A stretch of 61,637 nucleotides of DNA, counting the filler, from Candidatus Fermentibacterota bacterium (lineage in GTDB: Bacteria > JAFGKV01): the NCBI GenBank assembly GCA_016928395.1. It is 3 parts of 3 records of this genome, joined end to end, with 100 filler letters (N's around TTAATTAATTAA, not from the genome) between each part and the next. Parts side by side here need not be neighbours in the genome. Positions count along the whole stretch, not along the records: positions 1 to 21,567 come from JAFGKV010000171.1; 2 more parts are not named here. One strand, given 5' to 3'. Under the pieces are notes generated by a model. It was given only the letters and a program-made list of their open reading frames with translations. It made no database searches and had not been told where the DNA came from. Positions 1 to 9,958 of the stretch are shown here, in pieces. A program made the position numbers and the translations under genes. Each line of letters opens with the position of its first letter. Position 1 is the stretch's first letter.

Positions 1-121
1 AGCCGAGAGCCAACTGCCGGCTGTACTCTCAACCCTGAGAATTCTGAGGGAGCCCGGCGTCCTCAGAGGCCGCACTGAACCCTGAACACGGAGCCTTGAG
101 ATCTGCTCCCGCAGTGCGGCG

Positions 122-628
122 TCACACCAAGTCGTCGACCAGGCGCATCATCTCGCCCGGGGTCTTCACCTCGAGTACGCGTTCCACCAGACTACCGTAG
201 GTGACGGCGATGGCCAATTGCTTGGCGAATCTCCGGTAGATCTGATCCTCATAGGGGGGAGCCACCATGGAGAAGAACACATGCACCGGTTCTCCGTCGG
301 GGGAGTCGTAGTCCAACCCCGGGGTGCTTCGACCTATGGCGAACACCAGCGTTCGGGTATGCATCGTGCGGACATGGGGAAAGGCGACGCCGTGACCCAG
401 CGCGGTCGACCACTGCTTCTCACGATTGTGCAGATCAAGGAAGAGCTTGTTCTGGTTGCGGATGTCGGTTGAGGTCAGCAGGAGGTCGCAGAGCTCACGA
501 ATGACGCGCTCCTTCAGGGTGGGAAGCCACCGATCCCGGGGGATTCCCTCGCGTTCCTCCTCGGAGGGCATGGTCGTCTCTAGTTCGAGCCTTACTCTTG
601 ACTCGCTCAAGTATCGCATGAGACCCAT
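122..628 (-). CDS. Stand-alone PTS EIIA-domain protein (EIIA-Ntr/fructose-mannitol-like)
   Basis: Motif REKQWSTALGHGVAFPHVR with the phospho-His, followed by GLDYDSPDGEPVHVFF. ATG at 628 preferred over the ORF-track start at 793, which overlaps the upstream gene. Confidence 0.85.
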   Translation of the reverse strand: MGLMRYLSESRVRLELETTMPSEEEREGIPRDRWLPTLKERVIRELCDLLLTSTDIRNQNKLFLDLHNREKQWSTALGHGVAFPHVRTMHTRTLVFAIGRSTPGLDYDSPDGEPVHVFFSMVAPPYEDQIYRRFAKQLAIAVTYGSLVERVLEVKTPGEMMRLVDDLV

Positions 629-705
629 TTTGCGCTCCGTCGCCTCGTGTTTGAGCAATCGCTCGCAGGGCTTCTTTGCCTGCTCTTGGAAAAGGAGCCC
701 GCAAT

Positions 706-1908
706 CTATCCCTTCCGTGCGCTGGTGCAACCGGCTGCAATCCGGGGCAGATTCGCGTAGACATCTTCGACCTGATCCAGGGCTCTCGCCCACGACAGGG
801 TCTTCAGTGCGAAGTCCCGGGCGGCCGCACCCAACCGGGTCGCCAGGTCACGGTCGCGGAGAAGCAGAAGAATGGCTTCGGCGAAAGCTTCAGGCTCAGA
901 CTGATCCACTATCAACCCGGTCTTCCCGTGGATGATGCCATTGGCGCATGCCCGGCTTGCCACGACGGCACGGCCAGCCGCGAGGTAGTTCACCAGCTTG
1001 ATGGGATAGCCGCAACTGGGCAACCTGGTGCACACCGCGACTGCAGAGCGGAGTATCCAGCGCTGGACAGCATGGAATCCATGGGCCAACACGAAATCTA
1101 CCGATCCGCTGAGCCCGCGGTCGCGGGCCAGAGCCTCCAGCTCTACGCTACGGTGATGGCTCACGATGGTGAGAGTGGCGGCGGGCATCTGTCGGGTGAC
1201 CAGAGCCATGCTATCGATCAAGACGGAGAGGTTCTGGTAGTTGTCGAGGTTTCCCGTGTAGACGATTGACGCGGTCTGCGGGGGCTCCTCCACAAGTTGC
1301 CACTCGTCGGGCCATACGCCGGGCGGCACGACTCTGATCGCGGCTGCACGGACACCCAATGACTCCAGCTCGTACCGCAGCGTGTCGTTGAGGGCAATCA
1401 CGGCATCGGCGCACGCCGGAATCCGACGGTCAAGCATCATCCCCGCCCGTCCCGCGATACTGCGGATGAGCGGGTTACGGTAGTAGGTAGGAAGCTCCTC
1501 GTGCAGCACATTGTGCGTGTGATACACCAGCGGAATGCCCAGTCGTCGCGCCACCAAAGCGCCGATGAGCGCACCTTCGTAATTGTGGCCGTGGACCACG
1601 TCAGTCTGCTCCAGGCGACCGACGACCAGGCACTTCCTCCACAGGAGTATGTCCAGCCAGATTTTGCTGATGCTGGGACCCGCTCGCAGGCGCCCGCCGC
1701 CTGGAAGTCGGGCCGTCCTGTGGATCTGGAACGGGACCCGGGCTGGATACTCGCTGTGGTGGTAGGTCGCCAGATGGATCTGATGCCCCCGGTGTGCAAG
1801 CCCCGTGGCCAGCTGCCGAATGAGGGTCTGAGAACCTTGGCTCGTAGGGAATGGGCAGGGAGCGATCATAAGAATGGATCGCTGCGCGCCTCCCGTGGTC
1901 TCAGTCAA
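706..1908 (-). CDS. Glycosyltransferase family 4 (GT-B fold)
   Basis: N-terminal ILMIAPCPFP..GSQTLIRQLA, DVVHGHN, IVYTGNL and C-terminal GYPIKLVNYLAAGRAVVAS GT4 motif. Confidence 0.9.
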   Translation of the reverse strand: MTETTGGAQRSILMIAPCPFPTSQGSQTLIRQLATGLAHRGHQIHLATYHHSEYPARVPFQIHRTARLPGGGRLRAGPSISKIWLDILLWRKCLVVGRLEQTDVVHGHNYEGALIGALVARRLGIPLVYHTHNVLHEELPTYYRNPLIRSIAGRAGMMLDRRIPACADAVIALNDTLRYELESLGVRAAAIRVVPPGVWPDEWQLVEEPPQTASIVYTGNLDNYQNLSVLIDSMALVTRQMPAATLTIVSHHRSVELEALARDRGLSGSVDFVLAHGFHAVQRWILRSAVAVCTRLPSCGYPIKLVNYLAAGRAVVASRACANGIIHGKTGLIVDQSEPEAFAEAILLLLRDRDLATRLGAAARDFALKTLSWARALDQVEDVYANLPRIAAGCTSARKG

Positions 1909-3562
1909 GGTAGCCCAGTTCTTTCAAACGCCGTAACCTGTCCCACTCCCACGAGGTCTCATCGGCATGGATTCGAGGCGAGGGTGCACCCTTCTTGCCA
2001 TCTCTCGGGGCATGAGGCAGTTCGGCGGGAGGCAGACTCATGGAAGCCGGCACGGGCACGGCAAGGGATGCCAGTATCGAGGCAGCGACCTGCTCGGAAT
2101 GGATCGTCCCCGCGATTCGTCCCGCCGTGAGGCTTCCTCCTGTTGCCACGAAGATTCCTTCCCTTCGGTGGGTGCCATTCATTCCCCACCCCTTTGCGCC
2201 CAAAACGCGGGGGTCAAGGCGAACCTGGACCGGGCCCATGCTCCCCCCCGATGATGCAACCACGTAGGTGTAGCCGCCCGGTATGGCAAGATCGAGTAGG
2301 AGGTCGGGCATGGCGGATACTGCAGGCCCCTGGTAGGCCTCTTCCCGCCGCAGCACCCTCCGGACCACCATGGCGCCGGTTTCTCTGTCCCTCCAGTTCT
2401 CCAAGGCTTGGGCAATCTCATCGCGTACCGACTCATACCGGGAGGGAGCCACCGTTCCGCGACCTTCGCGGCCGCGCACGTTGAGACGAACGGCCGGAGC
2501 GTAGGGGAGCTCTTCGGAGAACGCCGTTGTTTCGTCCCAGACGATACCTCCCAATCTCCTCCGGCTTTCCAGGCGTCCGGCGAGCCCCTTGGCCCGGCGG
2601 AACAGCCGCTGCTGCGTACCTCTGGGCAGCAGGGATGCGGCCTGGAGGACGGAAGGGACACGGGGGGACGGCTGCGACTTCGCCCCGAAACGGAGGAATC
2701 CTCGCTGGGCAAGGAACCGGTTGATATGGATGGCGTCGATTCCGGCACCGCCGAAGCCGTGATCAGACACCACCATAACCAGCTCTGGATCAGAAGCGGC
2801 ACTTACTATCCGCTCCAAGGCCGTATCCAACCGAGAGTATATGTCCCTGATGGCGGCATCGAGACCGGCAGTCTCACCCTCTCGCCTTCGCGGGCTTTCG
2901 GAATCGGCGAAAGGCCAGAAGTGATGGCAGACGGTGTCGGATTCTCCGAACACCATGACGAAGAGGTCGGGGCGCAGTTCGCGCAGCACGAGTTCGGCGA
3001 TGCGAGTCTTGCCCTCGATGCTGCCCTGCAGTGCTTGCCAGGCCTTACGGTGCCAGCCCGGGCCGATCCGCAGCTCTTGCACAGGGGTCAGTGGGAAACC
3101 GCCCGCAGCCGCCAGCCTCTTCCGCCACGAGGGCGGATGGATGAACGAGGGCTCAGTGCTGGTGGTGACCGGCGTATCAAACCCTGCCACCATAAGGTCG
3201 ACCGCCGTGTCGGGAGGGAAGGTGCCGGGTACGCCCAGCACTGCACAGACCCTGCCCGCACGGTGCGCCAGTTCCCAGATCGCCGGAGTGCGTCGCGATG
3301 AGGACTCAATGAACCGCACGGAATAGGTTGGCGGATCAAAGGCAGTGAAGTCCAACATGCCGTGAACGCCGGGGGATACGCCGGTCATGATGCTCGTCCA
3401 CGAAGGGAAGGTTGAGCCCGGCCAGGGGCTGCGCAGGTCTCCCCGGACGCCGGTCGTCACGAGACGGGCCAGAAAGGGCATTGAGCCAGAAGCGATCAAC
3501 GGTTCGATCACGGGCCACCCGGCCCCATCGAGGCCAAGAACCAGTACGGGCCCAGTACTCAT
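1901..3562 (-). CDS. Alkaline-phosphatase-superfamily phosphodiesterase/nucleotide pyrophosphatase
   Basis: VLVLGLDGAGW, STFPSWTSIMTG, DTVCHHFW, VVSDHGFG, NGTHRREG and terminal RLKELGYLD. Start at 3562 (MSTGPVLV); stop overlaps the GT4 start. Confidence 0.85.
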   Translation of the reverse strand: MSTGPVLVLGLDGAGWPVIEPLIASGSMPFLARLVTTGVRGDLRSPWPGSTFPSWTSIMTGVSPGVHGMLDFTAFDPPTYSVRFIESSSRRTPAIWELAHRAGRVCAVLGVPGTFPPDTAVDLMVAGFDTPVTTSTEPSFIHPPSWRKRLAAAGGFPLTPVQELRIGPGWHRKAWQALQGSIEGKTRIAELVLRELRPDLFVMVFGESDTVCHHFWPFADSESPRRREGETAGLDAAIRDIYSRLDTALERIVSAASDPELVMVVSDHGFGGAGIDAIHINRFLAQRGFLRFGAKSQPSPRVPSVLQAASLLPRGTQQRLFRRAKGLAGRLESRRRLGGIVWDETTAFSEELPYAPAVRLNVRGREGRGTVAPSRYESVRDEIAQALENWRDRETGAMVVRRVLRREEAYQGPAVSAMPDLLLDLAIPGGYTYVVASSGGSMGPVQVRLDPRVLGAKGWGMNGTHRREGIFVATGGSLTAGRIAGTIHSEQVAASILASLAVPVPASMSLPPAELPHAPRDGKKGAPSPRIHADETSWEWDRLRRLKELGYLD

Positions 3563-4110
3563 GGCGCCATGGTTTTGCGTGTCCGACACCGATGCACCGA
3601 GACAGCACGCACCACAAGGGGGAGAGAAAGGCATGCCGAGAGTATCATCGCGGCGGCTGTGTGCATGGTTGAGTTCCCACGGCCAAGGTGTACTGCGTGG
3701 CCGGCTGTACCGCTCCCACTGCATGAGACGTTTCGCACGGCCCAATGTACGGCTCGATGACAGTCTGTGCAGCTCATACGGCGTCCCTCAGGAGAGACCC
3801 GGTACTCGTGCTCCTGAGAACTGCCGCGCACAAAGGACGATGGGGCGGTCAATCCGCACGGCCCGCGAGGAACGGTCGCAGCCGACGAAGATCGTGAAGA
3901 CCGCGCTCGCGGGGTGAGTGACTGCCGCCCGGTTCGCCCCGCCGAGTCGCGAACCGCAGCAACGCGCGGCCGCAATGACCATGGGTCGAGTGCACGGCGC
4001 ACTTGCGCAGCCGGGACGCCGTGAGCATTGTATAGCGTTACCGTGTTGGGCCATGGATGGATGCCCGAGGCAGGCGTTTGGGCAGCCCGCCAAGGAGGAG
4101 GCGAGCCGGA

Positions 4111-5814
4111 ATGCACTACCTGAGTGAGCAACACATCCTTCTGTTTCTGGTTCAGGTCTTCATCCTCTTGCTGCTGACTAGGGGTCTGGGTGAACTGTTC
4201 AGGCAGCGGAATCAGCCGCCACTGACCGCCGAGCTTCTGGTGGGCGTCATACTGGGCCCCACGGTCTTGGGGAGGTGTGCGCCTTCGGTGCACGGCATGC
4301 TCTTCCCCACCGATCTCGTCCAGCAGACCATGCTCGAGACGGTGTCCTGGATCGGTGTGCTCTTTCTCTTGCTGGCCACGGGGCTGGAGATCGATTTCTC
4401 CATAGCATGGCGTCAGCGGGGTTCGGCTCTGGTCATCGCATTGTCGGATATCGTCATCCCCATGGCGCTGGCGTTTATACCCGCCCTGCTGCTGCCGGCG
4501 AAGTACCTCGTCGACGTGGATCAGAGGCTCATCTTTGCATGCTTCATGGCCACGGCCATGACCATCAGTGCCATGCCGGTCTCCGCTCGCATCCTCCATG
4601 ATTTTGACATTCTTCGGGCCGATCTGGGGCTGCTCATCATGTCTGCTCTGGCAGTGAATGATACCTTGGGCTGGGTTGTCTTCACCATCGTTCTTGGCCT
4701 GTTCACCCAAGCCACGCACACCGCGGGATCAGTCCTTGTGATTCTGGCAGGTACCATCGGTGTGTGCGTCGCGGCGCTGACCTTCGGGCGGCGTCTCTCC
4801 ACCGCGGTTCTCGGCACGCTGCAGCGTCGAGGATTTCCTGAACCGGGTACCTCATTGACCTTCGCCTGCATTCTGGGCCTATTCCTCGGTGCATTGACGC
4901 AGGGCCTTGGCATTCATGCGCTGTTCGGGTTCTTCATAGCCGGCATTGTCATGGGCGAATCGCGAGCTCTCTCGCAGGAGACGCGCATCACCATCGAGCA
5001 GATGGTGCATGCCATCTTCGTGCCGCTCTTCTTCGCCAATATTGGTCTGAAGATTGACTTCGCCGCCAACTTCGATCTGGGACTCGTGCTCCTCGTCACC
5101 TCTATTGGCATTGCAGGGCGATATGCGGGCGCATGGATCGGGGCCACATTGGCGCGGGTCAGGAGACGTGACCGAGACGTCATCAGCATCGCCCACACCC
5201 CCGGCGGAATGATGGAGATAGTCGTCGCACTTCTGGCGCTGGAGACCGGGCTGATCACCGCCCCGGTATTCGTGGCGATCGCCCTGGGTGCCTTAGGTTC
5301 CTCTGTAATTCTGGGGCCCTGGATGCACCGGGCGCTGAAACGCCGTGCGCCGGTGTGTGTCGCCGACTACATCCACCCCGCATCCGTAGTGGCCCATGTG
5401 CGCGCGGCGACTCGTCTTGGCGTTATCGAGGAACTGCTCGCGAAGGCAGGCGACCGTTTGGGCGATGCCGCCCGCGCATCGGTCTTGGCTGCAATGGCGC
5501 ACCGAGAGGCGGATTTCAGTACCGCTTTGGCTCATGGCCTGGCGGTCCCTCATGTACGGGTCGAGGGGCTGCGAGAGCCTGTGCTCATGTTCGGGAGATC
5601 CGTCGGAGGTATCGACTGGGATGCTCCGGACGGCCATCCGACACACTACGTGTTTCTCATTGTCTCTCCCGCAGACCTCAATGACGTCCACCTTCAGCTC
5701 TTGGCTGCCATAGCTAAAGGAATGCGGAAGTCCGAGACCAGGGCGGCCATCGATGCCGCCATGGATGAGCAGGCCCTGTGGAAGGGGCTCAGTGAGGGTT
5801 TCTGCACGGCGTAG
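4111..5814 (+). CDS. Cation:proton antiporter (CPA2/Kef-like) fused to a C-terminal PTS EIIA domain
   Basis: About 12 hydrophobic segments with ELLVGVILGPTVLG, FLLLATGLEIDF and FVPLFFANIGLKID; C-terminal READFSTALAHGLAVPHVR. SD GGAGGAGG upstream of ATG 4111. Confidence 0.88.
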   Translation: MHYLSEQHILLFLVQVFILLLLTRGLGELFRQRNQPPLTAELLVGVILGPTVLGRCAPSVHGMLFPTDLVQQTMLETVSWIGVLFLLLATGLEIDFSIAWRQRGSALVIALSDIVIPMALAFIPALLLPAKYLVDVDQRLIFACFMATAMTISAMPVSARILHDFDILRADLGLLIMSALAVNDTLGWVVFTIVLGLFTQATHTAGSVLVILAGTIGVCVAALTFGRRLSTAVLGTLQRRGFPEPGTSLTFACILGLFLGALTQGLGIHALFGFFIAGIVMGESRALSQETRITIEQMVHAIFVPLFFANIGLKIDFAANFDLGLVLLVTSIGIAGRYAGAWIGATLARVRRRDRDVISIAHTPGGMMEIVVALLALETGLITAPVFVAIALGALGSSVILGPWMHRALKRRAPVCVADYIHPASVVAHVRAATRLGVIEELLAKAGDRLGDAARASVLAAMAHREADFSTALAHGLAVPHVRVEGLREPVLMFGRSVGGIDWDAPDGHPTHYVFLIVSPADLNDVHLQLLAAIAKGMRKSETRAAIDAAMDEQALWKGLSEGFCTA

Positions 5815-6035
5815 ATGGCAGGAACCAGGATTCTGTCCGCCCTGTTAGGTGAAGGATTGAAGAGGCTGGTGATTTTCGGCGGAAGCTCCGCGGGCCGTGA
5901 CCTGCCCACCGTCAACCGAGACTCCCAACCCAGGGAAGGATTTCCAAATTCCCCGCTCCCGGGTGACCATGGATGGTGCCCCCCGAGCACGGCGCCTTCG
6001 ATGCGACGAACCATCGGCCGGTGCGTGCGTCGCTC

Positions 6036-6065
6036 TTGACTGCCCGCATAGCCAGGATATTAGAT
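6036..6065 (+). promoter_or_regulatory. Candidate sigma70 promoter of the hutU operon
   Basis: TTGACT at 6036-6041, then AT-rich TATTAGAT 16-18 nt downstream, about 50 nt before the hutU start. Confidence 0.4.
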
Positions 6066-6110
6066 CATCAGAAGACCCAGACCTGAGCTGAACTGACCGA
6101 GGAGGATACC

Positions 6111-7772
6111 ATGACCGGCCCCATCCGGGCACCGCGCGGTGCCACCATCACGTGCAAGGGATGGATTCAAGAAGCGGCCATGCGCATGCTTATGAACAAC
6201 CTCGACCCCGACGTTGCGGAGAATCCGGATGATCTGGTGGTGTATGGGGGACGGGGAAAGGCCGCCCGCAACTGGGAGGCGTACCACGCCATCGTGCACA
6301 GCCTTACCGAGCTGGAGAACGACGAGACTCTCCTGGTGCAGTCAGGCAAGCCCGTTGGGGTGTTTCGTACCACCAGCGATTCGCCGCGGGTGCTGATCGC
6401 CAACTCCAATCTGGTGCCGAACTGGGCCTCATGGGAGAAGTTCTGGGAGTTGGAGCGCCTCGGTCTCATCATGTATGGCCAGATGACGGCAGGCAGTTGG
6501 ATCTACATCGGTACGCAAGGCATTCTTCAGGGTACGTACGAGACATTTGCTGCTCTGGCACTCAAGCATTTCGGAAGCGATTTGGCTGGCCGATTCGTGC
6601 TCACGGGCGGGCTGGGGGGAATGGGCGGTGCCCAGCCTTTGGCCGCTACTATGAACGGTGCTGCCTTCCTGGGTGTGGAGATCAATCCGGACCGCATCAA
6701 GAAACGCATCGACACTGGCTACTGCGACAGGATGACCTCAAGTCTCGACGAAGCCCTGGCATGGGTACACGAGGCGAAGAGCCGCAAGGCCCCGCTCAGC
6801 GTCGGGTTGGTCGGCAACACGGCTGATGTTTTGCCTGAGCTAATGCGGCGGGGCGAGATTCCCGATGTCGTGACCGACCAGACCTCATCCCATGATCCCC
6901 TCAATGGCTATGTTCCCAACGGCATGAGCCTTGCGCAGGCCCTTGCGTTGCGGGGGAAAGACCCGGCCACGTACATACGAGAGGCCTATCGTGCCATGGG
7001 CGAGCACGTCGAGGCTATCCTGGCCATGCAGAAGGCAGGAGCCATTGCCTTCGATTACGGCAACAATCTGCGCGGAGCAGCGCTGAAGGCAGGCGTCGCG
7101 AATGCATTCGACTATCCGGGCTTCGTGCCAGCCTATATTCGGCCATTGTTCTGCGAAGGCAAGGGACCCTTCCGTTGGGCGGCCCTCTCGGGAGACCCAA
7201 AGGATATCTGGGCCACCGATGAGATGGTGCTGAAGCTCTTCCCGGAGAATGAGCCGCTCCGCCGCTGGATCAGTCTGGCTCGCGAAAAAGTGCACTTCCA
7301 GGGGCTGCCTGCCCGTATCTGCTGGTTGGGGTATGGCGAGCGTGACCGTTTCGGCAATGCACTAAACAGAGCAGTGGCTGCGGGCAGGATCACGGCGCCA
7401 GTGGTGATTGGCCGGGATCATCTGGACTGTGGATCGGTGGCAAGCCCCAACCGGGAGACCGAATCCATGCGTGACGGCAGTGATGCCATCGCCGACTGGC
7501 CTCTACTGAATGCACTGCTGAATGTGGCCAGCGGCGCCTCATGGGTTTCGATTCACCATGGTGGCGGCGTAGGCATGGGGCTGTCGATCCACGCCGGCCA
7601 GGTCATCGTGGCTGATGGAACCCCCGAAGCTGCGCGTCGCATTGCCCGCGTTCTGACCAATGACCCCGGATCCGGGGTCATGCGGCATGCCGACGCGGGC
7701 TATCCCGAGGCTGTGGCCTTCGCGCGGGAAAAGGGTATACGCCTGCCCATGATTCCGGCAAAGAACTCATGA
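6111..7772 (+). CDS. hutU: Urocanate hydratase
   Basis: [54 protein letters not shown] and HHGGGVG; SD GAGGAGG. Confidence 0.98.
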   Translation: MTGPIRAPRGATITCKGWIQEAAMRMLMNNLDPDVAENPDDLVVYGGRGKAARNWEAYHAIVHSLTELENDETLLVQSGKPVGVFRTTSDSPRVLIANSNLVPNWASWEKFWELERLGLIMYGQMTAGSWIYIGTQGILQGTYETFAALALKHFGSDLAGRFVLTGGLGGMGGAQPLAATMNGAAFLGVEINPDRIKKRIDTGYCDRMTSSLDEALAWVHEAKSRKAPLSVGLVGNTADVLPELMRRGEIPDVVTDQTSSHDPLNGYVPNGMSLAQALALRGKDPATYIREAYRAMGEHVEAILAMQKAGAIAFDYGNNLRGAALKAGVANAFDYPGFVPAYIRPLFCEGKGPFRWAALSGDPKDIWATDEMVLKLFPENEPLRRWISLAREKVHFQGLPARICWLGYGERDRFGNALNRAVAAGRITAPVVIGRDHLDCGSVASPNRETESMRDGSDAIADWPLLNALLNVASGASWVSIHHGGGVGMGLSIHAGQVIVADGTPEAARRIARVLTNDPGSGVMRHADAGYPEAVAFAREKGIRLPMIPAKNS

Positions 7773-7833
7773 GGTTGGCTTTCCTTATCGCATTCTTGGG
7801 CCGCACGGCGTCGTGGATGAAGAAGGCACTGCT

Positions 7834-9072
7834 ATGAACGTGCTGGTGCGCAATGCCAGTATGCTGATAACGTGCGCCGGCGATTCACGTCCCCGAGCGG
7901 GTGCCTCAGCCAATGATCTGGCTATCATCCGTCAAGGCTCGGTGGTGGTGCGCGACGGCCGGATTGCGTGGGTCGGGGAAGACAGGCACCTTCCCGCCGG
8001 GCTCGCCGAGTGTCGTGAGGCCGATGCCGGAGGGATGGTGGTCACGCCTGGGCTTGTGGATTGCCATACCCATGCCCTGTTTGCCGGGTCGCGAGCCGGC
8101 GAATTCGCCATGCGGGTGGCCGGAGCCACCTATGAGCAGATCATGGCCGAAGGCGGCGGTATCAGTGCGTCGGCCCGCATGCTGCGGGAGGCGCCTGATG
8201 GCGACATCGTGGATCAGACCGTGGGAAGGCTGCGGCGGATGCTGCGCCTCGGCACTACCACGTGTGAGATCAAGAGCGGCTACGGACTGTCTACTGATCA
8301 GGAGTTACGGAGTTTGCGCTTGATTCGTCAGACGTCACACCGGGTGCCCATGAGTATCGTACCCACCTTCATGGGCGCCCACGCCCTTCCGCCGCCATGG
8401 CGTCACGATCGGGCAGGCTTCATAGACATGGTCGTCCACGAAATGCTCCCCCGCGTGGCAGATGAGAAGCTGGCGCGCTTCTGCGATGTATTCTGCGAGC
8501 GCGGGGCATTCACCGTGGACGAAAGTCGCCGTGTCTTGGAGGCTGCCCGCGGTCACGGCATGGGTCTGAAGATCCACGCCGACGAGCTGGCAGGCTCGGG
8601 CGGTACGCGTCTCGGAGCAGAACTGGGTGTGTGCAGTGCCGACCATCTCCTTCGGGCGACGCGTGAAGACCTCCAGGCGCTTCGTGACAGCGGCGCCATC
8701 GCCGTCATTTTGCCCGGTACCTGCCTGGGGCTGGGCAAGACCGCATTCGCCCCGGGGAGGATGATGGTCGAGATCGGGCTGCCTGTTGCCATCGCGTCGG
8801 ATCTCAATCCGGGGAACTGCTACTGCGAGAACCTCCCTCTCATGGTGACCTTAGCGTGCTTATACGGTGGACTCAGCATTGAGGAGGCATTGATCGGCGT
8901 TACCGTGAATGCGGCGCATGCTCTCGGTTTGGCACGTGAAGTCGGGAGCCTGGAGGTCGGCAAGCGCGGGGATCTTGTGATCTGGGATATCGACGACTAC
9001 CGCGAGATTGCCTATCATTTTGGTGTTCAGTTGGCCCGCACCGTCATCGTCGGCGGAGCCCACAGCGACTGA
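7834..9072 (+). CDS. hutI: Imidazolonepropionase
   Basis: PGLVDCHTHALF, EIKSGYGL, DVFCERGAF, KIHADEL and ASDLNPG; directly follows hutU. Confidence 0.96.
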   Translation: MNVLVRNASMLITCAGDSRPRAGASANDLAIIRQGSVVVRDGRIAWVGEDRHLPAGLAECREADAGGMVVTPGLVDCHTHALFAGSRAGEFAMRVAGATYEQIMAEGGGISASARMLREAPDGDIVDQTVGRLRRMLRLGTTTCEIKSGYGLSTDQELRSLRLIRQTSHRVPMSIVPTFMGAHALPPPWRHDRAGFIDMVVHEMLPRVADEKLARFCDVFCERGAFTVDESRRVLEAARGHGMGLKIHADELAGSGGTRLGAELGVCSADHLLRATREDLQALRDSGAIAVILPGTCLGLGKTAFAPGRMMVEIGLPVAIASDLNPGNCYCENLPLMVTLACLYGGLSIEEALIGVTVNAAHALGLAREVGSLEVGKRGDLVIWDIDDYREIAYHFGVQLARTVIVGGAHSD

Positions 9073-9079
9073 TCCCGCC

Positions 9080-9958
9080 ATGCAACGTCGAACCAGGGCT
9101 GTGAGAACACGAGAACTGCCCTGGCGGGCCGATCTCCATACCCACACGACGTTTTCCGACGGGCTCCTCAGCCCGACGGCCTTGGTGGAGCGGGCCGCGC
9201 ACTGCGGATTGGCGGCCATTGCCATCACTGACCACGATGCGGTGAGCGGAGTGCAGGAGGCCCTGACCAGTGGCGCGCAGCTGGGGATCGAGGTCGTTCC
9301 CGGTGTCGAGATCAGCGCCGGGATCGACACACAGGAGATTCACGTTCTGGGCTACTGGATCGATCATACGAATGCCGAATTCGATTCCTGGCTCCGCCGT
9401 TTTCAGGCCATACGGGTCGATCGCATCGGCAGCATTCTGCAGCGGCTTGACGATATCGGCATCCACATCGACTATGACTATGTAATCGCCTTGGGCGGCC
9501 CAGGGGCCGTCGGGAGGCCTCATATCGCCAAAGCGCTGGTCGAGTACGGTTTCGTGGGCACCGAGGCCGAGGCTTTCGAGACTCTGATCGGTGACGGCTG
9601 TCCTGGGTACACGGCTCGCGAGCGAGTCAGTCCGGCTGATGCTATCCGCATCATCAACACGGCCGGCGGTGTGGCGGGATGGGCCCATCCTGCCGTGGAG
9701 GGCCATGACGAGTGGCTGGAGTCACTTGTCGACATGGGACTTGAGGCACTGGAGGTCGTTCATCCCGATCACTCACGGGATGACGTCCAGCGCTACCGTC
9801 GCCTGGCGGGAAGGTTTGGCCTTATCATGACTGGAGGATCCGACTTCCACGGGAACGACAAGGAGGGGGCCCAGACCTTGGGGAGATACACCGTAGACAA
9901 CGCGATCGTGCGCCAACTCGAGGATTCGGCATCCTCCCACCGCGAGGCGCCCACATAG
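9080..9958 (+). CDS. PHP-domain phosphoesterase (YciV/TrpH-like)
   Basis: DLHTHTTFSDG, AITDHD, GVEIS, GRPHIA, AHP and TGGSDFHG motifs. Confidence 0.92.
   Translation: MQRRTRAVRTRELPWRADLHTHTTFSDGLLSPTALVERAAHCGLAAIAITDHDAVSGVQEALTSGAQLGIEVVPGVEISAGIDTQEIHVLGYWIDHTNAEFDSWLRRFQAIRVDRIGSILQRLDDIGIHIDYDYVIALGGPGAVGRPHIAKALVEYGFVGTEAEAFETLIGDGCPGYTARERVSPADAIRIINTAGGVAGWAHPAVEGHDEWLESLVDMGLEALEVVHPDHSRDDVQRYRRLAGRFGLIMTGGSDFHGNDKEGAQTLGRYTVDNAIVRQLEDSASSHREAPT

Noticed and set aside
3563-4110. Hidden gene or ion-sensing riboswitch before the antiporter
   Set aside because: Short ORFs here lack motifs or an SD, and no riboswitch consensus was recognised by eye; an Rfam search would be needed.
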